From assembly GCA_038222225.1 (NCBI GenBank), contig JBBRHV010000005.1:1824-65823 (forward strand): 64,000 nt of DNA, written 5' to 3'. Both the position numbers and the translations under genes were made by a program. Positions 1-12,650 of this stretch are shown in pieces (the stretch's first letter is position 1; the number at the start of each line of letters is the position of its first letter). The DNA is from Candidatus Omnitrophota bacterium (GTDB lineage: Bacteria; Omnitrophota; Gorgyraeia; Zapsychrales; JANLHA01). The notes under the pieces were generated by a model that saw nothing but the letters and a program-made list of their open reading frames with translations, was not told the origin of the DNA and made no database searches.

Positions 1-1413
1 GCCTTAATCATATCATCAACCATTTTTTCAGAACCTAGGATCTCCCGATAGTGATGAATATCTGCCTGCAGAGCCTTATATTCTTCATCGATCTTTGAGC
101 GCTCAAGAGCCGTTAAGCGCTGAAGCTGCATTTCCAAAATCGCCTGCGCCTGCATGTCCGAAAGCTTGAATTTTTTCATCAAGCTCACTTTCGCTTCCGG
201 CGTCGTTTTTGCCTTACGGATCGTTAGAATAATCTCATCAATGGCATCGATGGCGATCTTTAAACCCTCTAAAATATGGGCGCGTTTCAAAGCCCGGTCC
301 AGCTCAAAGTGCGTCCTTCGTCGAATTACTTCTCGGCGGTGAACGACATATTCAACCATCAGCTGACGCAAATTCAAAACTTTGGGGGTATTGTGAACCA
401 GCGCCAAATTGATAATCCCGAAGGTCGTTTCAAGCTGCGTATGTTTATACAGATAATTCAAAATGATTTGCGGCTCAACGTCACGCCTTAATTCGATCAC
501 AATCCGTATGCCGTCTTTATCCGACTCATCCCTGATATCCGTAATTCCATCGACCGCTTTATTCTGAACCAGATCGACAATATTGGTAATCAGGTTTGTT
601 TTGTTGACCTGATAAGGAATTTCCGTAATAACAATGGTGTCTTTATTCCCCTTCTGCCGCTCAATAACCGCCTTTGCCCTCAATGTTACTTTTCCCCGAC
701 CGGTTAAATACGCCGATTTAATCCCGTCGCGGCCGCAGATAATGCCAGCGGTTGGAAAATCCGGCCCTTTAACAAACCTCATCAAATCTTTAACGGCCGC
801 CTCTGGATTGTCCAGAAGATAGGCAATCCCGTCGCACACCTCATGCAGGTTGTGCGGCGCCATGTTCGTCGCCATCCCGACGGCAATTCCGCTTGAGCCG
901 TTCACCAGCAGGTTCGGGAGAACCGCCGGCAAAACCTGGGGCTCTTTTAATGTCGAGTCAAAGTTCGGGTCGTAATCAACGGTGTTTTTTTCAATGTCAG
1001 ACAGCATCTGCGATGAAACAGCGGCCAGCCTTGCCTCGGTATAACGCATCGCAGCGGCTGAATCCCCGTCGATCGAACCGAAGTTTCCCTGTCCGTCAAT
1101 CAGGGGATACCGCAGAGAGAAATCCTGCACCATGCGAACCATCGTGTCATAAACGGCCGTGTCCCCGTGAGGATGGTATTTACCCAAAACTTCACCGACA
1201 ATACGCGCGCTTTTTTTATACGACTTGTTAAAATCCAGGTTCAGGTCGTTCATCGCGTATAAAATCCGGCGGTGCACCGGCTTGAGGCCGTCTCTCACAT
1301 CCGGCAAAGCGCGCCCGACGATAACGCTCATGGAATACGCCATATACGAGCGCTTCATTTCTTCTTCCACAAAAACCGGCACCACTTTTTCTTTGATCGC
1401 TAAACTGTTCATC
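1..1413 (-). CDS. gyrA: DNA gyrase subunit A, N-terminal part (continues beyond window start)
   Basis: The minus-strand translation from the ATG whose complement lies at about 1411-1413 reads [54 protein letters not shown]...[12 protein letters not shown], the canonical GyrA N-terminus. The frame is open to position 1. It is not in the ORF track because it is truncated by the window edge. Confidence 0.9.
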
Positions 1414-1442
1414 TACTTATAAGCCTTTCTTTAAAAGCGCTT

Positions 1443-4147
<2,705 letters not shown>

Positions 4148-4151
4148 AATT

Positions 4152-5240
4152 TTAAATCCGCATCGGAAGAGCTAAATACAAATAATCGTTTGTCCGAATC
4201 ACCCCGGCCTTGTCTGGGCCCATCAACTCTAAATTTATATCCTCTTGTTCGATGTTTTTCAAGACATCAATTAAAAATTGTGGGTTAAAGCCCACCACCA
4301 ACTCTTTTCCGCTGTATTCGATCCCGACTTCCTCCCGGGACTCCCCAACATTCGGAGTGGATTTTGAAACAACCAGCTTGTTTGAAAAAACCTCGCATTT
4401 GATGGCCTGAAAATCCGGAGTTGCCAGCAAATTCGCCCTTCGGATAGCGCTTAACAATTTCTGCGTGTTAACCTTTATTTTTTGCGGCGCCGGTTCTGGG
4501 ATGACCTGGTTGTAGTTTGGGAACTCTCCTTCTATGATCCGAGTCGCAATCAAAACGCCCTCAATATCAAACAAAACCTGATTTACTCCGCAAACAATAG
4601 ACACGGTCCCTTCTTCGGACAAATTTCTGTGAATTTCCTGAATTGCCTTAATAGGAATAATAACAGAAATGTTCTCTTTTGAAGGAACCTGCAGCTGCTT
4701 TTCGTTTTTCGCCAAGCGCCTGCCGTCTGTGGCGACCATACAGACCTTATTTTCTTTAATATCCATTAAAATTCCGTTTAAAACATAGCGGGACTCTTCA
4801 TGCGATACCGCAAAAGAGGTCATGCGGATCATTTCTTTCAGATCTTTTTGGTTTATGACGATAGCTTCTTTATTTTTAAAATCCGGAAATTTAGGAAATT
4901 CTTCTTTCGGCAACCCAATCAGCTTAAAACGGCATTTCTGCCCTTCTATATCAATCTGGTGGTTTTTCTTCGCATTTATCACGATTTCCCCAGAAGGCAA
5001 TTCTTTGGCTATATCGCTAAATCTTTTAGCTGGAATTGTTATCGCACCTTCTTCAATAGTTTCCACAGGTAATTCACAGGAGATGCCTATATCTAAATCT
5101 GTTGTATTTAAACGAAGAACGTTCCGTTTTGTTTCTATCAACATGTTGGATAAAATTGGAAGCGTGGCCTTGGAAGAGACTACATTTTGTACAATTTGAA
5201 TTCCCTGAATTAATGTATCTTTGTCAATTTTCACCTTCAT
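4152..5240 (-). CDS. dnaN: DNA polymerase III beta sliding clamp
   Basis: 362-aa ORF with three-domain clamp architecture, adjacent to dnaA. Confidence 0.95.
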   Translation of the reverse strand: MKVKIDKDTLIQGIQIVQNVVSSKATLPILSNMLIETKRNVLRLNTTDLDIGISCELPVETIEEGAITIPAKRFSDIAKELPSGEIVINAKKNHQIDIEGQKCRFKLIGLPKEEFPKFPDFKNKEAIVINQKDLKEMIRMTSFAVSHEESRYVLNGILMDIKENKVCMVATDGRRLAKNEKQLQVPSKENISVIIPIKAIQEIHRNLSEEGTVSIVCGVNQVLFDIEGVLIATRIIEGEFPNYNQVIPEPAPQKIKVNTQKLLSAIRRANLLATPDFQAIKCEVFSNKLVVSKSTPNVGESREEVGIEYSGKELVVGFNPQFLIDVLKNIEQEDINLELMGPDKAGVIRTNDYLYLALPMRI

Positions 5241-5403
5241 ACATCACCTTTTCTTGTTTTGAACAGGGGGTTTAACGTGTTATTTAGTAATGTCATATTA
5301 GTCGTAATAGGGCCTGTGTATAACTATACAAAAATAAAAACCATTGAAAATAAACAACTTATATTAAATATGCTTGTTTACAAGTGGTGTGTTTCCCGTG
5401 TGG

Positions 5404-6744
5404 TTACTGTTTAATAAATGTGATTATCCGATCAATCTGTTTTTTAAGATCGCCATTTTCATCAAGAGCCTTTTCGATCTTGCGGAAAGCATGAAGAATG
5501 GTTGTATGGTCTTTTCCTCCAAAAAGCCCGCCGATTTCCGGAAGCGATAAATTAGTCATTTTTCTTGATAAATACATGGAAATTTGTCTAGGAAGAATGA
5601 TGTTTTTGTTTCTCTTTTTAGATTTAAGCTCGCTTAAGGGAAGATCAAAAAACCGGGCCACTTCTTTTTGAATAGTATCTACGCTAACGATCTTGGATGT
5701 TTCGTGCACCATGTCTTTTAAAACGGTTTTGGCGGTTTCCAGGCTCACAGGGCGCTCCTCTAATAAAGAATAGGCGACAACACGGATCAGAGCCCCCTCC
5801 AGTTCACGGATATTTGTTTTGATTTGTTCCGCAATAAAAAAAATCACGTCTTCCGGGACTTTAACCGGCTCTCGTTCCAGTTTTTTTCTTAGAATCGCAA
5901 CGCGTGTTTCAAAATCCGGCGGATGAATGTCTGCAATTAAACCCCAAGCGAAACGGGAAACTAGGCGCTCTTCCAGATTGGCAATCTCTTTTGGCGGCCG
6001 GTCTGAGGAAATGACGATTTGCTTGTGGCTATTATGAAGAGTGTTAAAGGTGTGAAAAAATTCTTCCTGGGTGGCTTCTTTCCCGGCTATGAAATGGATA
6101 TCGTCGATTAAAATAACATCAATGTTCCGGTATTTTTGGCGGAACTGCGTCGTGGATCTGTTTTTGATGGAGTCGATCAATTCATTGGTGAAATATTCAG
6201 AAGACAGATAAACGCATTTTTTTTCAGGAAACCTTTTTTTAATTTCATGAGCCACAGACTGCATCAGATGAGTTTTTCCTAATCCGACCTGACTATAAAG
6301 GAAAAGCGGGTTATATGATTTCGCCGGAGATTCGGCGACGGCCTTACAGGCCGCAAAAGCAAAGCGGTTAGATGGGCCGATCACAAAATTGTCGAAAGAA
6401 AAACGCGACGCCAGACTCAGAGACGGACGCGGTTCGCTGTCTCTTCCCTCTTGCTGGTACGGTGAAGGGCTTTCTGCGGCGGGTATTTTGGGTGCTTCTT
6501 TGGACAGCGAAGCGTTCACGGTTACGATGACGGACATCGGGCTTTCGGAATGCGAACTTAAAATTTGGCGGATCGTTGAAAGATAGTGATCTTCGAGCCA
6601 GGTTTTGAAAAAATCGTCTGGGGTTTCTAAGACTAGAACGTTCTCTTCTTCTCGTATGTGGATAGACGAGAACCAGGACTCATAGGAAGATGTTCCGATT
6701 TCATTTTTTATTTCATCTTGAATTGTTAGCCAAGTTGCAGACAT
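5404..6744 (-). CDS. dnaA: Chromosomal replication initiator DnaA
   Basis: 446-aa ORF with AAA+ Walker A (GLGKTHL) and a C-terminal DnaA-box-binding domain (ISMYLSRKMTNLSLPEIGGLFGGKDHTTILHAFRKI). Confidence 0.97.
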   Translation of the reverse strand: MSATWLTIQDEIKNEIGTSSYESWFSSIHIREEENVLVLETPDDFFKTWLEDHYLSTIRQILSSHSESPMSVIVTVNASLSKEAPKIPAAESPSPYQQEGRDSEPRPSLSLASRFSFDNFVIGPSNRFAFAACKAVAESPAKSYNPLFLYSQVGLGKTHLMQSVAHEIKKRFPEKKCVYLSSEYFTNELIDSIKNRSTTQFRQKYRNIDVILIDDIHFIAGKEATQEEFFHTFNTLHNSHKQIVISSDRPPKEIANLEERLVSRFAWGLIADIHPPDFETRVAILRKKLEREPVKVPEDVIFFIAEQIKTNIRELEGALIRVVAYSLLEERPVSLETAKTVLKDMVHETSKIVSVDTIQKEVARFFDLPLSELKSKKRNKNIILPRQISMYLSRKMTNLSLPEIGGLFGGKDHTTILHAFRKIEKALDENGDLKKQIDRIITFIKQ

Positions 6745-7076
6745 GTATGTCCGTATGGTTGTGGATGAGTTCCCTTTTCATAAAGTAATTCACAAAATGT
6801 GTAATTTATAACTCTATGGAAAAAGGAACGTTAGGTCCGGTTGAAATTTTTAGTGCACAGGTTTTCCACAGCTGTGAATTTCTTTTTCGGTTTCTTTTTG
6901 CTGTGGAAAAGTGAAATCATTATAGCAAACTCTTTAGTGATTGCAACTGTAAATCTTCTTTGAGGAAAACAATGAAAAATAAAGCTTAGCTAACTTGTTA
7001 CAAATCAAGGGTTTTTCACTCTTTGCGGCATTAAACATCTTGACTGTAAAAAAGACTATGCTATAATTTACAAATT
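6745..7076. promoter_or_regulatory. Candidate oriC / dnaA-rpmH divergent control region with DnaA-box-like 9-mers
   Basis: TGTGGATGA (about 6760-6768), TTTTCCACA (about 6862-6870) and TGTGGAAAA (about 6903-6911) each match the TTATCCACA consensus at 8 of 9 positions. The interval is AT-rich, and the gene-strand polarity switches exactly here. Confidence 0.5.
7040..7067 (+). promoter_or_regulatory. Sigma70-like promoter for rpmH (TTGACT-16-TATAAT)
   Basis: ttgact at 7040-7045 and tataat at 7062-7067, with a 16-nt spacer, about 10 nt upstream of the rpmH ATG. Confidence 0.6.
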
Positions 7077-7214
7077 ATGAAAAAGCATCTTAAAACACCA
7101 ACATTGATTAAAGGCAAGCGGACGCACGGGTTTCGAGCGCGCATGGCAACGGAAGACGGCAGGGACGTGTTAAGCCGCCGGAGAGCTAAAGGCCGTGCCA
7201 AGCTTTCTAAATAA
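7077..7214 (+). CDS. rpmH: 50S ribosomal protein L34
   Basis: 45-aa ORF ([45 protein letters not shown]), below the 60-aa cut-off of the ORF track. It is a classic L34 sequence. Confidence 0.9.
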   Translation: MKKHLKTPTLIKGKRTHGFRARMATEDGRDVLSRRRAKGRAKLSK

Positions 7215-7458
7215 ACACAATTTATCGACGAGCTTTACGTTCATTCTGAAAAGCCTCGTCTGTTTTTTTATTCAGTCCTATCAGAAGATAAGTCATTTGT
7301 GTTTACCGCGAGCTTGTCGGTTTTATCCCACATGTTCTTCGTATGCCTTGGAGGCCGTAGAGCGCTTCGGACTATTTAAGGGAGGATGGAAGGCCGCCAC
7401 GAGGGTTGTGCGGTGCAATCCTTTTTTAAAAGGGGGATACGATCCGGTAGAGGATTAA
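7195..7458 (+). CDS. yidD: Membrane protein insertion efficiency factor YidD
   Basis: Conserved [51 protein letters not shown] core. The start is uncertain; the GTG at 7195 overlaps the rpmH 3' end. Confidence 0.8.
   Translation: MPSFLNKHNLSTSFTFILKSLVCFFIQSYQKISHLCLPRACRFYPTCSSYALEAVERFGLFKGGWKAATRVVRCNPFLKGGYDPVED
7226..7269 (+). terminator. Rho-independent hairpin plus T-run after rpmH (attenuator inside the 5' end of yidD)
   Basis: Stem gacgagcttt...aaagcctcgtc followed by tgttttttta. This is analogous to the partial terminator that follows rpmH in other bacteria. Confidence 0.55.
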
Positions 7459-7463
7459 CTATT

Positions 7464-9101
7464 ATGGAAAAACGATTTGCGTTAGCGTTGGGGTTGTCTT
7501 TTTTGTTTTTCGTTGTTTGGGGGAGGATTTTCCCGGCAGTAAACTCACCAGTAAGCCTACAACAAACAAAAACCATTGAAAACAAAGAAGTTGCATCGTT
7601 TTCAGTCGGATCCGCAGAGCCGGCTCCTCAATCGCCCATTCAGGCGGCAGAGAGCAGTAAAAATATTCCAGAAGAAGTCTTGACTATTGAGAATGACAAG
7701 ATTCGGGTGTTTATCAGCAATCTTGGCGCCCGAATTGTAAAAGTCGAATTTAAGGAGTATGCTGGGGAAGAGTTTTTTGTTAATTCGGGAGCCGTTCTGG
7801 AATACAGAACAAAAACATATGCGATTGCAAGCAAGGATGGACAAAAAATCAGTCTGATTGGACGTTTTGAAGGTGTAAGCGTTGCTACAAGCTATGAACT
7901 ATCAGAAAACGAATATACTATTTTTGATAAAACAAGAATTTTAAATGAAACAAATGAGGCAAAAGTTGTTAATGCGGAAATTGAGCATGTTTACCTTGAC
8001 GGAGAGTGGCTGAAGGAAACGGTTGATGCTACAACTGGAGAAAAGAAGGACATTGGGCGAGACAAAAACCTTTTAGAATATTCTATCTATAGTAATGGCA
8101 ACGTTTTACGTAAAACAGGGGCCTTCGAATTCAAGGAAAAGGAAAAAAAGCAAGAGTTTTTAAGCGCCGAGTGGTTTGGCTATCGAAACAGATATTTTTG
8201 CTTTATTTCCCGCCCAGATTATACTAATGAAGGGTTCGTTGTAAATCCTATTGATAAGAATCAGCTTTCGCTTTTTGCCATATCTAAGGAAGTCGCCTTG
8301 AATAGGGGAGAGGCGGTTGAGCGTAATAGTTTTATTTATGTAGGGCCACAAAAAGCGTCGGATTTGTCAAAATATAGTGGAAATCTTGAGAAAATCCAGG
8401 TGTATTTTCGTTTTGAATTTTTGGATGCTATTGCAAAAATCATACAGGATGCCATTATATTTTTTCATAAGGGGATACCCAATTGGGGCGTTTGTATTAT
8501 CTTGGTGAGCATTTTGATCTATGGTTTGATGTATCCGCTGACATTCAAAAGCCTGCTTTCTATGAAAAAAATGCAGTCTTTGCAGCCAAAAATTCAAACT
8601 ATTCGGGAAAAGCACGAAGAGAATCCTCAGAAGCTTAATCAGGAAATCATGAAGCTTTATGCAGAGCACAAGATTAACCCTCTTGGAGGTTGTTTGCCTA
8701 TTTTTTTACAGATGCCGATTTTTATTGGGCTTTATCAGGTTTTGTGGCGATCGGTTTGGTTTAAGGGGGCGGGGTTTTTGTGGATTAAAGACCTGTCTGA
8801 GCCGGATCGCTTGATGCTTTTTAGTAAGCATTTCCCGGTTGTTGGAAATGAGCTTAATATTTTACCGTTGGTTATGATGGTTTTGATGTTTGTTCAGCAG
8901 AAAATGTCGACGAGAAGCATGGCAACGACCGACCCGAATCAGCTTGCTCAGCAGAAAATGATGACAACGATTTTTCCCTTGTTTTTAGGGTTTATCTTTT
9001 ATAAACTAGCTAGTGGATTGTCTCTGTATTTCACCATGTTTTATATGATGTCAATTGTCTCACAGATGTTAGTAGCTAAGCACATGAACAAGGATGCGTG
9101 A
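7464..9101 (+). CDS. yidC: Membrane protein insertase YidC (large periplasmic domain type)
   Basis: Start MEKRFALALGLSFLFF (N-terminal TM), a large periplasmic beta-sandwich region, and the conserved C-terminal 5-TM core (PLTFKSLLSMKKMQSLQPKIQ...GGCLPIFLQMPIFIGLY). The track ORF begins earlier at 7386 in the same frame. Confidence 0.95.
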   Translation: MEKRFALALGLSFLFFVVWGRIFPAVNSPVSLQQTKTIENKEVASFSVGSAEPAPQSPIQAAESSKNIPEEVLTIENDKIRVFISNLGARIVKVEFKEYAGEEFFVNSGAVLEYRTKTYAIASKDGQKISLIGRFEGVSVATSYELSENEYTIFDKTRILNETNEAKVVNAEIEHVYLDGEWLKETVDATTGEKKDIGRDKNLLEYSIYSNGNVLRKTGAFEFKEKEKKQEFLSAEWFGYRNRYFCFISRPDYTNEGFVVNPIDKNQLSLFAISKEVALNRGEAVERNSFIYVGPQKASDLSKYSGNLEKIQVYFRFEFLDAIAKIIQDAIIFFHKGIPNWGVCIILVSILIYGLMYPLTFKSLLSMKKMQSLQPKIQTIREKHEENPQKLNQEIMKLYAEHKINPLGGCLPIFLQMPIFIGLYQVLWRSVWFKGAGFLWIKDLSEPDRLMLFSKHFPVVGNELNILPLVMMVLMFVQQKMSTRSMATTDPNQLAQQKMMTTIFPLFLGFIFYKLASGLSLYFTMFYMMSIVSQMLVAKHMNKDA

Positions 9102-9295
9102 TTGCAGTGGAAAAGAACCTTCGAAAAAAATGGCTCTTTGAGGGAAACACCGTGGAAGAGGCAATTCAAAAAGGTCTCAAGGAAACGGGGTTTTCTAAAG
9201 AAGACGTAGATATTAAAGTTGTTAATGAAGAACAAAAGGGCCTGTTCGGGATGGAAGGGGCGAATCCTGCAAAGATTATTATCGTAAAGAAGTAA
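9098..9295 (+). CDS. Jag N-terminal-domain-only protein (truncated Jag/KhpB homolog)
   Basis: 65 aa resembling only the Jag_N domain (FEGNTVEEAIQKGLKETGFSKEDVDIKV..EEQKGLFG). No KH or R3H domains follow, and it overlaps the yidC stop by 4 nt. Confidence 0.6.
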   Translation: MIAVEKNLRKKWLFEGNTVEEAIQKGLKETGFSKEDVDIKVVNEEQKGLFGMEGANPAKIIIVKK

Positions 9296-9328
9296 AACTT
9301 TAAAAAGAGCTTTTGTTTTTAGAATAGA

Positions 9329-9344
9329 CGTTTCACGTGAAACG
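9329..9344. promoter_or_regulatory. parS centromere-like site (cGTTTCACGTGAAACg)
   Basis: 16-bp perfect palindrome matching the tGTTTCACGTGAAACa consensus in its 14 central positions. Confidence 0.8.
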
Positions 9345-9404
9345 TTTTTCTTTTTTACAGACACTTTGGACATTTTAGATTGGACAAATTAATGTCCAAT
9401 CTGT

Positions 9405-9420
9405 TGTTTCACGTGGAACA
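9405..9420. promoter_or_regulatory. parS-like site (TGTTTCACGTGgAACA, one mismatch)
   Basis: Matches the parS consensus at 15 of 16 positions, 30 bp upstream of parA. Confidence 0.7.
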
Positions 9421-9449
9421 TTAAGAGAAACATATTCAAGGGGGTTTTT

Positions 9450-10301
9450 ATGGCCAAAATTATTTCTGTCTGTAATCAGAAGGGAGGCACAGGAAAAACC
9501 ACAACAGCAGTAAATTTGTCGTATGCCCTTTCGCAGGCAGGATATCGCATACTTCTGGTTGATACAGACCCACAGGGAAACGCGACAAGCGGGGTTGGTG
9601 TTAATAAAAATGTTTTAGAAAAATCTGTCTATGATATTTTACTGAACAAGGCGCCGATTGAAGAAGCTTGTATTAAGAATGTTTTTAAAAACCTAGATTT
9701 GATTCCATGTAATATTGATCTTACCGGCGCAGAAATCGAGCTTGTCGGAGCTCTTTCGCGTGAGACGCGCTTGAAAAAGGCGCTTAAGGGCGTTTCGGAG
9801 CAGTATGATTTTATATTTATAGACTCTCCGCCGTCTTTGGGGTTATTAACACTAAATTCTCTGGTTGCCAGCAACTCTATTATTGTTCCAATACAGTGCG
9901 AGTTTTATGCTTTAGAGGGGGTTTCTCAGCTTTTGAACACCTTAAATCTTATTAAGGATGGTTTAAATCCGGGGCTTTTTATTGAAGGCGTTTTGCTCAC
10001 CATGGCAGATTATCGAACAAATTTGACAAACGAAGTGATTAATGAAATTAAAAGCTTTTTTAAGGATAAGGTGTATGGCTCGATCATACCGCGCAATATT
10101 AAGCTGAGCGAAGCGCCGAGTTTCGGGAAGCCCATTATGCTGTATCACGGGGCATCTATCGGGGCAAAAAAATATTTAGAGCTTGCCCAGGAACTTCTTA
10201 ATAGAAACGGAATAGACCGTAACATATTGGAAACAAAGAACTTACAAGAATCCGATCCGATGGAAGACCACATAGAAGACTCCATGGAAACTGTGGAATA
10301 A
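9450..10301 (+). CDS. parA: Chromosome partitioning ATPase ParA/Soj
   Basis: Deviant Walker A (KGGTGKTT) and ParA family architecture. Confidence 0.95.
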   Translation: MAKIISVCNQKGGTGKTTTAVNLSYALSQAGYRILLVDTDPQGNATSGVGVNKNVLEKSVYDILLNKAPIEEACIKNVFKNLDLIPCNIDLTGAEIELVGALSRETRLKKALKGVSEQYDFIFIDSPPSLGLLTLNSLVASNSIIVPIQCEFYALEGVSQLLNTLNLIKDGLNPGLFIEGVLLTMADYRTNLTNEVINEIKSFFKDKVYGSIIPRNIKLSEAPSFGKPIMLYHGASIGAKKYLELAQELLNRNGIDRNILETKNLQESDPMEDHIEDSMETVE

Positions 10302-10325
10302 TTTCGGGATAAAGGAGCCGGTATT

Positions 10326-11186
10326 ATGGAAAAGCGGTCTGTTTTGGGAAAAGGGCTATCAGCGCTGATACCAGATCATGTCGAAGGCGCGGAAAGTTCG
10401 ATTTCCTCTCGAGAAATTAAAGCCGTTCCCGTTACAAAGGTTGTGCATAATAGCCTGCAGCCACGTATTGAATATGAGCCTGAAAAATTAGAAGAGCTGA
10501 AAAATTCGATTCGGGAAAAGGGAGTTTTGCAGCCTATTTTAGTGCGGCCGAAAAATGACGGGTATGAAGTTATCGCCGGAGAACGGCGCTTAAGAGCGGC
10601 ACAGGCCTTAGGGCTGGAAGAAATCCCTGTTCTGATTAAGGATGTCAGCGACGAAGAGGCGCTGGTTTTAGCCTTGATCGAAAATATTCAGCGCGAAGAC
10701 CTTAATCCCATTGAAGAGGGAAGGGCCTACAAACGGCTGATGGATGATTTTCATTTGAATCAAGAACAGGTCGCCGATGCCGTGGGCAAGGAGCGCCCGA
10801 CGGTAAGCAATATACTGCGGCTTTTAAAGCTGCCTCAGGCGATTCAGGACGCTGTTGCAAAAAAAATGATCTCGATGGGGCATGCCCGGACGCTTTTAAG
10901 CATTGAAGGCAAGGAAAAACAATATGAGATTTTCTTGCAATTTTTAGAAGGCGGAATCAGCGTACGTCAGGCGGAGCAGATTAGCAAAGCTTCTTTTCCC
11001 GACCAGAAAAAGAAAAAAAAGAAACCGGCGGATAAAGATTATGAGATTGTCCGTTTGGAAGAAGAGCTGCAACAGGCGCTAGGAACGAAGGTTAAAATTG
11101 ACGCGCAGAAAAAACGAGGAAAGATCATCATTGAATATTATTCCTTAGAGGATTTAGACCGAATTTTAGAAAAAATTCGGTCATAA
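10326..11186 (+). CDS. parB: Chromosome partitioning protein ParB/Spo0J
   Basis: ParB N-terminal GERRLRAAQ motif and an HTH, immediately downstream of parA. Confidence 0.95.
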   Translation: MEKRSVLGKGLSALIPDHVEGAESSISSREIKAVPVTKVVHNSLQPRIEYEPEKLEELKNSIREKGVLQPILVRPKNDGYEVIAGERRLRAAQALGLEEIPVLIKDVSDEEALVLALIENIQREDLNPIEEGRAYKRLMDDFHLNQEQVADAVGKERPTVSNILRLLKLPQAIQDAVAKKMISMGHARTLLSIEGKEKQYEIFLQFLEGGISVRQAEQISKASFPDQKKKKKKPADKDYEIVRLEEELQQALGTKVKIDAQKKRGKIIIEYYSLEDLDRILEKIRS

Positions 11187-11227
11187 AGTGCGGATAAAAA
11201 AGTTTTAATGTCAATGGAGGAAACACT

Positions 11228-12049
11228 ATGATCAAGGGCATGACAGGGTTTGGTAGCGCCCAGATGGTTGCGGGAAAAATTCGGGGAATGATCGAGATCA
11301 AGAGCGTCAACCACCGCTATTTAGATCTCATGTTTTATTTGCCGATCGGATTTGGTTCGATCGAAGACCGCATTCGTAATCTGGTTGAAAAAAACGCCAA
11401 TCGCGGCCGTGTCACAATTTCAGTGAAGATCACGGATAAGCCGCAGCATAAATTGTCTTTTAATCGCGAAGCGGTGACGCAGTATTTGACTTATGCGCGT
11501 TCTCTGAAGAAGGAATTTCATTTGGAGAACGACTTAACCCTTTCAGATTTGATCAAGCTTCCCGGGGTTGTGGAATCTCAAGAAGTTTTGGTGAATCCGG
11601 AAAAAATTTGGCCGGTTTTTGAAAAAAGTTTAACCCGCGCAATTATGAGCATGGACCGCATGCGCAGGCGGGAGGGGCTGAGTTTAGCGAAGGACACGGG
11701 GAGCGTTTTGAAGCGCATGTTAAAGCGGATCAATGAGATAGGAATCAGAGAAAAGGCAGTTTTGAAACAGAAGAAAAAAGAGCTTTCCAATGAAGAGTTT
11801 TCAAATTTTCAAAAGGGCGTGGATGTCAATGAAGAGATTTCCCGCCTGAAGCATTATATCGAAGAATTTAAAAATCTTTTAAAGTCCACGGTGAGCGTTG
11901 GTAAAAAGCTGGATTTTGTTGCACAGGAAATGCAGCGAGAAACGAATACGATCGGTTCGAAATTTCAGGATAAAATCGTGTCGAATTGCGTGATTTCTTT
12001 GAAAAGCAAAATTGAAAAATTACGGGAGCAAGCGCAGAACATTGAATAA
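11228..12049 (+). CDS. yicC: YicC-family stress-induced protein
   Basis: Conserved N-terminus (MTGFG...IEIKSVNHRYLD) and a C-terminal DUF1732-like region. Confidence 0.85.
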   Translation: MIKGMTGFGSAQMVAGKIRGMIEIKSVNHRYLDLMFYLPIGFGSIEDRIRNLVEKNANRGRVTISVKITDKPQHKLSFNREAVTQYLTYARSLKKEFHLENDLTLSDLIKLPGVVESQEVLVNPEKIWPVFEKSLTRAIMSMDRMRRREGLSLAKDTGSVLKRMLKRINEIGIREKAVLKQKKKELSNEEFSNFQKGVDVNEEISRLKHYIEEFKNLLKSTVSVGKKLDFVAQEMQRETNTIGSKFQDKIVSNCVISLKSKIEKLREQAQNIE

Positions 12050-12065
12050 TGTTTGCTGTGCGGGC

Positions 12066-12650
12066 ATGATGAGAAAAGGACGAATTATCATTTTATCCGG
12101 TCCATCCGGAGCTGGAAAGACGAGCATTCATGAGCGCCTTTTGAAATCTAAGGCATTGAAAGGAAAGGTGATTCGTTCGGTTTCGATGACCACGAGGAGT
12201 CCCCGTCAAGGGGAAAAAAACGGCGTGGATTACTGGTTCGTTTCAAAGAAGATGTTTGCCTATAAAAGACGAGCGGGCCATTTTCTAGAATCGGAACAGG
12301 TGTTTGACGAATATTACGGGACGCCAGGCTGGCAAGTCAGGACGGCCTTAAAGACCGGAAAAAGCGTGCTGTTATGTATTGATGTTCAAGGAGCGAAAAC
12401 CGTTTTGGCGAAATGCTCGGAAGCGATTTCGGTTTTTGTCAAAGCCCCTTCCCTGAAGGAACTCACGCTACGGCTAAAAAAAAGGGCAACGGAAAAGGAA
12501 AAGGACTTGCGAAAGAGGCTGGATCGCGTTCGAAAGGAGCTGAGGGAGGCGGACCGCTATGATCTAATAGTTGTCAACACCTCGTTGCCTCAAGCGTGTT
12601 GTGAAGTGGAGCAGTTTTTGATCAAAGCCTTGAAAACAAAAAGGTTTTGA
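12066..12650 (+). CDS. gmk: Guanylate kinase
   Basis: P-loop SGPSGAGKTS and the gmk family motif. The start is taken at the MMRKGRII ATG; the track ORF starts upstream at 12012 in the same frame. Confidence 0.9.
   Translation: MMRKGRIIILSGPSGAGKTSIHERLLKSKALKGKVIRSVSMTTRSPRQGEKNGVDYWFVSKKMFAYKRRAGHFLESEQVFDEYYGTPGWQVRTALKTGKSVLLCIDVQGAKTVLAKCSEAISVFVKAPSLKELTLRLKKRATEKEKDLRKRLDRVRKELREADRYDLIVVNTSLPQACCEVEQFLIKALKTKRF

Noticed and set aside
154-1422. Plus-strand ORFs at 154-342, 276-491, 634-822, 893-1231 and 1225-1422
   Set aside because: They are antisense to the gyrA N-terminal coding region, which reads cleanly on the minus strand, and have no recognisable domains.
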